A DNA stretch of 64,000 nucleotides. Source: Gemmatimonadota bacterium. Lineage in GTDB: Bacteria > Gemmatimonadota > Gemmatimonadetes > Longimicrobiales > Gaopeijiaceae. Location of the stretch: contig JBDHHQ010000003.1 in the NCBI GenBank assembly GCA_039589315.1, positions 96,001 through 160,000 on the forward strand, written 5' to 3'. The notes below the pieces were generated by a model. It did no database searches. It was not told where the DNA came from and saw only the letters and a list, made by a program, of their open reading frames with translations. The position numbers and the translations under genes were made by a program. This document shows, piece by piece, positions 1-11,190 of this stretch; the stretch's first letter is position 1; the number at the start of each line of letters is the position of its first letter.

Positions 1-1
1 C

Positions 2-238
2 GTGGCCACGCTGGTCATCATCTTGTTCGGGGCACCGCTCGCCACCAGCGCCAAGCGCGGCGGCAGCGCGTACGGGATCGGCCTGGCCCTGGCCTCGGTG
101 ATCCTCTACATGTCGCTGTTCAAGGTGGCTCTCGCCGCCGGATCGGCCGGCGCCATGCCCCCGCAGCTGGCGGCATGGACGCCCAACGCCGTCTTCCTGG
201 TCACGGGACTGCTTCTGCTGGCCCGCGTTCGCACCTGA
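2..238 (+). CDS. LptF/LptG family LPS export permease, C-terminal part (truncated by window edge)
   Basis: Hydrophobic helices with the pattern LFGAPLA..KRGG..G......LAAWTPNAVF, typical of the LptF/G C-terminus. Confidence 0.8.
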   Translation: MATLVIILFGAPLATSAKRGGSAYGIGLALASVILYMSLFKVALAAGSAGAMPPQLAAWTPNAVFLVTGLLLLARVRT

Positions 239-285
239 GGGTCCCCGGCGGATCGGACCCGAGTGGGGCGCGTCCATCCGGCCCG

Positions 286-1179
286 CTACGGGCGCCACCC
301 TTCGAGCCCAGCACAGAAGCTCGGCGCCAGCTCACCGGTACCCACTTCCTGCACCGGACCACGGAGCGTGACCTCGAACCGCTCGGTCACCTCCACGTCG
401 AACCGGCCGCCGTCCATGAACACGGCCAACTGGCCAGGAGGCAGAAGGCCGTTCCGCACGGCCGCGGCCGCCACCGCGCACGAGCTCGTGCCCGACGCCG
501 AAGTGGGACCGACGCCCCGCTCCCAGATCCGGATACGCACCGCGGTCTCCCCCGCAGGCCAGGCGAGCTGGACGTTGGTGCCGTTCCGGAACGCCGGGTG
601 GGTGGCCAACGCCGGCCCGAGCTCGTGCAGCACCTGGTCGGACAGGTCGTCGGTGAACACGACGCAGTGGGGATTGCCCACCGAAACCGGGATGATGGCC
701 ACCGGCCCGGCAGGGAGGCGTATGCGGCCATCATCGTCCAGCGCCTCGCGATCCAGGTCGACCGCTGCGGGGTCGAACGAGACCTGTCCCATCTCGACCG
801 AGACGTCGTGCTCGCCGTCCTCCGTGCGACCGTGTACCCGCATGCCCACCACCCCGCCACCCACCTCCACCCGGAAGGGCTCGTCGCCTACCATGCCGGT
901 CGACGCCAGAAACGTCGCGTAGACGCGCAGTCCGTTGCCGCTCCGCTCGAACTCGGATCCGTCCGGGTTGAACATGCGGAGCCGCCTGACCGCGCCCACG
1001 GGAGGAAGCTCCAGGACGATGCCGTCGCTGCCCACACCCTCCCACCGGTGGCAGACGGCTTGCACGGCGGCCGGGTGTAGCGTCCACGCGGTACCGCTGG
1101 TGAAGACCAGGTAGTCGTTACCGAGGCCGTGGGCCTTGAAGTACCGGCGGCCAGCCCCAGGGAGCGCTGAACCCGTCAT
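286..1179 (-). CDS. dapF: Diaminopimelate epimerase family protein (Ser/Ser active-site variant)
   Basis: KAHGLGNDY, NPDGSE.ERSGNG, GNPHCV, NGTNV, IWERGVG.TSASGTS motifs. Confidence 0.9.
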   Translation of the reverse strand: MTGSALPGAGRRYFKAHGLGNDYLVFTSGTAWTLHPAAVQAVCHRWEGVGSDGIVLELPPVGAVRRLRMFNPDGSEFERSGNGLRVYATFLASTGMVGDEPFRVEVGGGVVGMRVHGRTEDGEHDVSVEMGQVSFDPAAVDLDREALDDDGRIRLPAGPVAIIPVSVGNPHCVVFTDDLSDQVLHELGPALATHPAFRNGTNVQLAWPAGETAVRIRIWERGVGPTSASGTSSCAVAAAAVRNGLLPPGQLAVFMDGGRFDVEVTERFEVTLRGPVQEVGTGELAPSFCAGLEGWRP

Positions 1180-1230
1180 GGCCCTACCCCCCGTGCTCCG
1201 GTGGCACGCCGCCCAGGCACGGCGCGCCGC

Positions 1231-2802
1231 TCAGAACAGTGCCTTGTTGCCGGGATACCAGCGGACGCCGGTACGAAGGGACAGAGAGGTCGCGACCCCG
1301 GCGGAGTACTCCACATCCACGGTGTTTCCCGTGGACCGCAAGATGTCCTCGGCGTCCTTCCGGGACCACGAGACCGTGTCTCCGCCGGTGGCGACGGCAC
1401 GGAAGACGAGGCCGGCGAAGATGCCCGTTGTCGGTCCCAGATCGTACGTCAGATCAGCGAACAGGTGCCCGCCCGGGGCGAACCAGGTGCGGTCCGTCCA
1501 CTCCACCTGGGGGGGATTCTCCGCGATGGGGTCGGCCAGCTGGTTGTTGCTGCCCCGATCCAGCTCGAGGCGCTGCCACGTGAACGTCGGGCCGAAGCCC
1601 AACTGGGCGTTCCACGTGTCCCCGTTGAGCACGTCGAAGGCGAACCAGAGATCTGCGCCCACGCTCTGGAAGTTCCGGTCGAAGGTCTGGGTCAGCAACG
1701 TCGGGGTCTGGTAGGTGCCGGTCGAGGACGCGGCTCCGCCGAACAGCGAGACACCGAAGAACCCGAACCTCCCGGTGTTCCACCGGACGCTCCCTTCGAT
1801 GCCGGGCCCTGTGCCGACCTCCTCCGTATAGAACGTGGCCCGAGGGTCCCGGCCGTTGGGTCGGATCAACACGGTCCCGTCGTAGAGCGTGGACGTGCCC
1901 CGTGCGCTCAGGGCGAGCGAGAGTGTCCAACGCGGACCGATGGGCGCGTGGTCGTCCAGCCCCAGCGCCGGGCCTCGCCCATCCTCGGTGTAGATCCGCA
2001 GGACTCCGTACCGTCCCATGTCGCCGTAGAGTACGCCCGCTTCGATGGGCGGCACCAGCTCGAATCGGTCGACCCGCTGCGGGTCCATGGCGATCAGGCT
2101 GCTGATGGCGTCCTGCATGAGGAGGTCGTCCACGACCACCTGCACCATGTGGCAGCTCGGCCCGTTCGCGAAGCGGCGGCGGAAGCGGTTGCTTTCGATG
2201 CAGATCGAGTCGGGGCGCTGCCGCACCGTCAGGCCCGGGACGCGGGCGGCTGCCACGAGGTCGCCCATCGTGGCTACCCGGGTGCGCACGGCATCCACCT
2301 CCTCCGGGCTCATGCCGTCGAAGCGGCTTCCCCTGGCGACCCTGGCGTCGACCTCCCGCGACCGGGCCGTCACGGAAAGGCCCGCGACCTCGATGGGACG
2401 GGTCGCGATCCGAAACTCCACCATGACCCGCTCGCCGGCGGTGACGACGAGGGAGTCCGACTGCAGTCCGTAGCCGATGTGCCGGACCTGGATCTCGTAG
2501 GATCCCGGCCGCAACCGGTCCAGGCGAAACTGTCCGAGGTCGTCGGTCACCTGGGTCCCGGGCACGCCCGCCGCGCCCACCGTCGCACCCTCCACCGATT
2601 CGTTCGTCTCGGCGTCCAGCACGCGTCCGATCACGGTGGCCTCGAGGCTCTGGGCCCGGATGTCGACCGCGCCCTGGGGCGCCAATGCCACGGCCAGGGC
2701 CAGGGCCCCCAGGGGCAGGGGCCGGCGGAGGCACCGAAGCGTTGCCCGGGGCTGCCGCGAGGGCGAGGCGCTCCCGCTCAATGGCGGGCCGATGGCGGGC
2801 AT
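1231..2802 (-). CDS. Exported protein: carboxypeptidase-regulatory-like domain + TonB plug-like domain + short beta-barrel
   Basis: Signal peptide; GRVLDAETNESVEGATV..TDDLGQF..HIGY; plug-like FELV....AGVLYG....GVLRIYT; amphipathic C-terminal strands. Start uncertain (ORF-track start 2847 overlaps the riboswitch). Confidence 0.65.
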   Translation of the reverse strand: MPAIGPPLSGSASPSRQPRATLRCLRRPLPLGALALAVALAPQGAVDIRAQSLEATVIGRVLDAETNESVEGATVGAAGVPGTQVTDDLGQFRLDRLRPGSYEIQVRHIGYGLQSDSLVVTAGERVMVEFRIATRPIEVAGLSVTARSREVDARVARGSRFDGMSPEEVDAVRTRVATMGDLVAAARVPGLTVRQRPDSICIESNRFRRRFANGPSCHMVQVVVDDLLMQDAISSLIAMDPQRVDRFELVPPIEAGVLYGDMGRYGVLRIYTEDGRGPALGLDDHAPIGPRWTLSLALSARGTSTLYDGTVLIRPNGRDPRATFYTEEVGTGPGIEGSVRWNTGRFGFFGVSLFGGAASSTGTYQTPTLLTQTFDRNFQSVGADLWFAFDVLNGDTWNAQLGFGPTFTWQRLELDRGSNNQLADPIAENPPQVEWTDRTWFAPGGHLFADLTYDLGPTTGIFAGLVFRAVATGGDTVSWSRKDAEDILRSTGNTVDVEYSAGVATSLSLRTGVRWYPGNKALF

Positions 2803-2810
2803 GATACCTT
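2802..2810 (+). promoter_or_regulatory. Possible extended -10 element (TGnTACCTT) for the metH leader
   Basis: TGATACCTT matches TGnTAnnnT about 20 nt upstream of the riboswitch. Confidence 0.35.
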
Positions 2811-2828
2811 TCTGTTCAGGTGATTCGT

Positions 2829-2880
2829 CCGGGGTGATTTGCGGCATATTGCGGCCCTGTCAAAGAAACCGCTAAAAAGC
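2829..2880 (+). ncRNA. SAM-II (SAM_alpha-type) riboswitch aptamer
   Basis: CGGGG-UGAUUU-GCGGCAUA-UUGCGG-CCCUG-UCAAAGAAA-CCGCUAAAAAG. P1 is CGGGG/CCCUG, followed by the conserved UGAUUU loop. Pseudoknot UUGCGG/CCGC(U)AA has the bulged U. Lies upstream of metH. Confidence 0.82.
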
Positions 2881-2886
2881 CACGTC

Positions 2887-2921
2887 CTCGGCGCAGCTCT
2901 TGCGGCGAGCTTTTTCTTTTT
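2887..2921 (+). terminator. Intrinsic terminator (riboswitch expression platform)
   Basis: Hairpin CTCG-G-CGCA[GCTCT]TGCG-G-CGAG followed by CTTTTTCTTTTT, a rare T-run in this GC-rich DNA. Confidence 0.75.
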
Positions 2922-3007
2922 GACCACCTGCTCCGTCGGTGGCCGGAAGGGCGAATCGTCGCCGCACCGCCCCGGGTCGTCCCCCGGTCGAAAGGAACGC
3001 GGGCCCC

Positions 3008-6708
<3,701 letters not shown>

Positions 6709-6712
<4 letters not shown>

Positions 6713-8583
6713 GCGCACGGGAGCTGCGGGAGCTCATCGAGGACGGCCGCGTCCATGTGATGGACGGCGCCATGGGTACGATGCTCTACGCCCGGGGCGT
6801 CTTCGTGAACGTGTGCTATGACGAGCTCAACGTCACCGAGCCCCGCCTGGTGCAGGACGTCCACGAGGCGTACGTGAGCGCCGGGTCCGAGATCATCGAG
6901 ACCAACACGTTCGGGGCCAACCCCGTCAAGCTGTCGAGCTGGGGGCTCGACGAGCGGACCGAGGAGATCAATCGGGCCGCAGCGCAGCTGGCCCGGGCCG
7001 CGGCCCGTGGGAAGGCCACCGTGCTCGGTGCCGTCGGGCCGCTGGGGATCCGCATCGAGCCGTGGGGCCCCACGTCACGCGCCGAGGCCCAGGCCCTCTT
7101 CCGACGCCAGCTCCAGGGGCTCCTCGAGGGTGGGGCGCACGGCTTCGTGCTCGAGACGTTCAGCGACCTCAGCGAGCTCGAGCAGGCGTACCGGGCCGCC
7201 CGCGATCTGTGTGATTTGCCCGTGTTCGCCCAGATCACGGTGGGCGAAGACGGAGCCACCGCGTACGGAACCGCGCCGGAGGTGGCGGCCTGGACGATGG
7301 CCGACTGGGGCACCGACGTGGTGGGCCTCAACTGCTCGGTGGGACCCGCCGTCATCCTGGACGCCGTGGAGCGCATGGCAGAGGTCACGGACCGGCCCCT
7401 CTCGGCACTGCCCAACGCCGGACTGCCCCGAGCGGTGGGCGACCGGATGATCTACATGGCGAGTCCCGAGTACATGGCCCAGTACGCGCGCCGGTTGCTC
7501 GAGGCAGGCGTGCGCTTCGTTGGGGGCTGCTGCGGGACTACGCCGGATCACATCAGCCGTATACGGGACACCGTCGCGTCGGTGCAGCCCAGGCCGGTCA
7601 CGGTGGGGATAGGCGCGGCACGGGTGCCCCCTGCCCCGCCGGGCCTCGAGGAGTCGCCCCTGGCCTCGCGGTCCGCGTGGGGGCGCAAGCTCTCCACCGG
7701 CTCCTTCGTAACGAGCGTCGAGGTCATGCCAGGGCGCGGCTGGGACGCAGGCCGGCTCGTCGAGGCGGCGCGGGCCCTGCATCGGGCCGGTGTCGACGCG
7801 GTCGCGATTCCGGACAGCCCGCTCGCGCAGGGCCGGATGGCTGCGGTACCTGCCGCCCTGGTGGTGGAGCGAGACGTGGGCATCGAGACCCTGGTCCACT
7901 ATACCTGCCGAAACCGCAACATGATCGGCATGGTGAGCGACCTTCTCGGAGCGGCCGCGGCGGGACTCCGCAACGTCCTGCTCGTCACCGGAGACCTTCC
8001 CACCGAAGGTCCGTACGCCCAGGCCACGCCCGTCTTCGACATCGACTCCATCGGCCTCACGAACGTCGTGCACCATCTGAACCGGGGCGTGGACCCCGGT
8101 GGCAGCTCCATCGGCGAAGCCACCCGCTTCGTGATCGGCGTGGCCTTGAATCAGGGTGCCCGGGACATGGAGCGAGAGCTGGAGCGCTTTGCCTACAAGG
8201 TCGAAGCCGGTGCCCACTTCGCGGTCACTCAGCCCGTCTTCGCCGTGGAGGATCTGGCCCCCTTCCTCGAGCGGAGCAAGGCCTGGGCGATTCCGGTCGT
8301 CGCTGGCGTCTGGCCGTTCACCTCCCTCCGGAACGCCGAGTTCCTGGCCAACGAGGTTCCCGGGGTGCGGGTGCCGGACTCCGTGGTCCGGCGCATGCGA
8401 GACGCTGACGCCCGGGGTCAGGAGGCCGCGCAGCGAGAGGGCATGGCCATCGCCAACGAGGTCATCGAGGCCGTCCGGCCGCTGGTGGCGGGGGTCCACG
8501 TGGGCACGCCGGGACCCGTCACGGAAGCCATAGAGCTGCTGGCTTCGACGGACGTGATCCCCCTTTCGGGAACGGGCCGCTGA
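6709..8583 (+). CDS. yitJ: Bifunctional homocysteine S-methyltransferase / 5,10-methylene-THF reductase
   Basis: [14 protein letters not shown] and GGCCGTTP, then an MTHFR domain ([19 protein letters not shown]); ATGA overlap with metH. Confidence 0.92.
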
Positions 8584-8715
8584 CCGGAAGCTCCGGACGG
8601 TCGCAACGGAGGGCGCGCTAAGCCCCGCGGGTGAGTCGTCGATACCCATTGAAGAGGGGTCGAACGCTCGACCGTTCGACCGGAGCATCGACAGCACCCT
8701 GGTAGGCAGGCTGCA

Positions 8716-9402
8716 ATGGGCACGGTACTGGCAAAGCGCTCGCTCTGGACGGCGATCGCCGAGAATTCATTCCCGTTCTTCGAAGCTGACGGATTCCGCA
8801 ACGAAGTCGTGGATCGGTTGGAGGCCTACGCGGAGCGTGTGGGTGGTCAGGTCGAGGAGCTCCCGCCCGTGGAGGACTCCGGCGAGATCTTCCGTGTCCA
8901 CCTCGACGACTTGCCCTTCCCCGACGGACCCGGTCGGGGGTGCGTCGAGGTGACGGCCTACCGGGCCTTCGGCCAACTCCACCTCTCGCTGGTGGTGGAG
9001 CACGATCGGCTCTTCCGCTCGCTCGACGGTCGGTCCGGCAGCCGTCTCTTCCTGCACGACTACAAGTTCGTTCGTGCCTACGGGCCGGAGAACCCACCGA
9101 GCCCGGACGAGATCGATGACGCGCTGACGGGCGTGGAGCGGGCCCGTACGGTCGTTCAGCGGCGGAACCAGGCAGCCGGCTCCAGCCGCAGCCCCTTCGC
9201 CCGCATCCGGATCGCCTTGCGCGCCTCCGCCGAGGCCGCCCTCCCGCCCTGGGGCATGGGCCTGGGTGGAGACGAGGAAGCGGCACCCGTGACCCAGGGG
9301 CGGGCAACCGTCATCAAGGCGCTGCAAGAGGAGCGTCCCCGCCCGGTGAAGATCCGGATCCGGCGACGGAAGGACGACGCGGAGGGGCCGGCGGACGACT
9401 GA
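8716..9402 (+). CDS. Hypothetical protein
   Basis: 228-aa ORF with protein-like composition filling the gap; no recognised motif. Confidence 0.6.
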   Translation: MGTVLAKRSLWTAIAENSFPFFEADGFRNEVVDRLEAYAERVGGQVEELPPVEDSGEIFRVHLDDLPFPDGPGRGCVEVTAYRAFGQLHLSLVVEHDRLFRSLDGRSGSRLFLHDYKFVRAYGPENPPSPDEIDDALTGVERARTVVQRRNQAAGSSRSPFARIRIALRASAEAALPPWGMGLGGDEEAAPVTQGRATVIKALQEERPRPVKIRIRRRKDDAEGPADD

Positions 9403-9529
9403 GCCCGACCCTCCTCTCGCTTCGACGCGGAGAGGGGCCCGACACCCCAGGGGCTGGTGCCGAGGGACCCCGGAGTAAACATTTGTGTACGGCTCTCGGA
9501 CGGACACCGCACCCCAGGAGGATTCGGGC

Positions 9530-10168
9530 ATGTCCGAACCACAACCCCCGCAACGAAACCCCTTGGCGATCGCCGTGCTGGTGACGGCGGGCGCGATGGC
9601 GAGTGGCGGCTGTTCACTCGCCTCCGAGGGAACCGCCCCCTTCGAGCGGCCGCGGCCGGAGGCGCGTGGGGAGACACCGGGCAGCGACTCCGGAGGGCAC
9701 GCGACAGGGGAGCCCGACCCCACGGTCGGTGCCACGACTTCACCGGCGGCGGAAGGCGCCCTGCCCCGGCCGGAGCTGAAGAGTCGCTACGGCAACCCCG
9801 AGTCGTATGTCGTCTTCGGGCAGCGGTACGAAGTGCTGGACTCGAGCCGGGGGTACGTACGGGAAGGCATCGCGTCGTGGTACGGCGAGCCGTTTCACGG
9901 CCGACGCACCTCGAACGGCGAGGTCTACGACATGCACGCCCTCACCGCCGCCCACAAGTCCCTGCCGCTCCCGACCTACGTTCTGGTCACCAACCTCGAG
10001 AACGGCCGCCAGGTGGTCCTCCGCGTAAACGATCGTGGGCCCTTCCACGGCGGCAGGATCATCGACGTGTCATTCTCGGCGGCGCAGAAGCTCGGGATGA
10101 TCGGGCCCGGGACGGCGCGCGTGGAGGTTCGCGCCCTGGACCCACCGGCGACTGACCGGGGCCGGTAG
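9530..10168 (+). CDS. rlpA: Septal ring lytic transglycosylase RlpA family lipoprotein (no SPOR domain)
   Basis: Lipobox SGGC; GIASWYG..FHGRRTSNGEVYDMHALTAAHKSLP, RVNDRGPF; AGGAGG RBS. Confidence 0.92.
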   Translation: MSEPQPPQRNPLAIAVLVTAGAMASGGCSLASEGTAPFERPRPEARGETPGSDSGGHATGEPDPTVGATTSPAAEGALPRPELKSRYGNPESYVVFGQRYEVLDSSRGYVREGIASWYGEPFHGRRTSNGEVYDMHALTAAHKSLPLPTYVLVTNLENGRQVVLRVNDRGPFHGGRIIDVSFSAAQKLGMIGPGTARVEVRALDPPATDRGR

Positions 10169-10237
10169 CGCAGTGTCGCCGCCGTCCCACCGCGCGCCGA
10201 CCGGGCCACCGGACTCGCCCTCCTAGGCGGAGCGACC

Positions 10238-11176
10238 GTGCGCATCGGCATCGACCTCGGCGGCACGAAGACCGAGATCATCGGGCTCTCGGCTCACGGC
10301 GAGGAGCTCGGACGCCGCAGAACCGCCACCCCCCGAAGCTACGACGGCTCCCTTGATGCCATGGTCGATCTCGTGACGTGGATCGAGGCGGAGACCGGTC
10401 AGCGGGGAAGCGTGGGCGTGGGAATCCCGGGCGCCCTCTCACCGTCGACCGGCAACGTGAAGAACGCCAATTCCACCTGGCTCATCGGCCACCCCCTGGC
10501 CGAGGATCTCGCGGCGGCATTGGCGCGTCCGGTGAGAGTGATGAACGACGCCAACTGCTTCGCTCTTTCGGAGGCGACCGACGGAGCCGGCGCCGGCGCC
10601 GACGTGGTCTTCGGCGTGATCCTGGGTACAGGGGTCGGGGGTGCGATCGTCGTGGACGGACGGTGCCTGGAAGGACCCAACCGTATCGCGGGAGAGTGGG
10701 GCCACAATCCGCTCCCGTGGCCCCGCCCCGCCGAGCTCCCGGGACCCGCGTGCTACTGCGGCAAGCAGGGATGCATCGAGACGTTCGTCTCCGGGCCGGG
10801 GCTCGAGCGAGACCACCGCACCGTGACGCGGGAGGATCTGGCCAGCCCGGAGATCACGGAGAGGGCAAGCGCCGGCGACGCTGGCGCGACCGAGGCCCTG
10901 CGAAGGTACGAGGACCGTCTCGCTCGGGCTCTCGCCTCTGTCATCAACATCGTGGACCCGGACGTCGTGGTCCTCGGCGGCGGCATGAGCAACCTGCCGA
11001 GTCTGCCCGAATCGGTCGCGGCGGTCGTGCCGCGCTACGTCTTCTCCGACGAGGTGCGAACCCGGATCGTTCGCAACCGGCACGGCGATTCCAGTGGAGT
11101 CCGGGGAGCCGCCTGGCTCTGGTCCGAGGGGTCGGACCCGGAGAGAGCGGCCGGTCGCCGGACGGGCAAGCCTTGA
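10238..11176 (+). CDS. mak: ROK family sugar kinase (manno/fructokinase)
   Basis: IGIDLGGTK, NDANCFALSEA.DGAG, GEWGHNPLP, CYCGKQGCIE. Confidence 0.9.
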   Translation: MRIGIDLGGTKTEIIGLSAHGEELGRRRTATPRSYDGSLDAMVDLVTWIEAETGQRGSVGVGIPGALSPSTGNVKNANSTWLIGHPLAEDLAAALARPVRVMNDANCFALSEATDGAGAGADVVFGVILGTGVGGAIVVDGRCLEGPNRIAGEWGHNPLPWPRPAELPGPACYCGKQGCIETFVSGPGLERDHRTVTREDLASPEITERASAGDAGATEALRRYEDRLARALASVINIVDPDVVVLGGGMSNLPSLPESVAAVVPRYVFSDEVRTRIVRNRHGDSSGVRGAAWLWSEGSDPERAAGRRTGKP

Positions 11177-11190
11177 CGGGGTAGGCACCC

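Noticed and set aside
2803..3007. SAM-I (S-box) riboswitch or N-terminal extension of metH from 2939
   Set aside because: The AUCxAGAG / GCAACC S-box core is absent and the sequence fits SAM-II. ATG 3008 has a good RBS.
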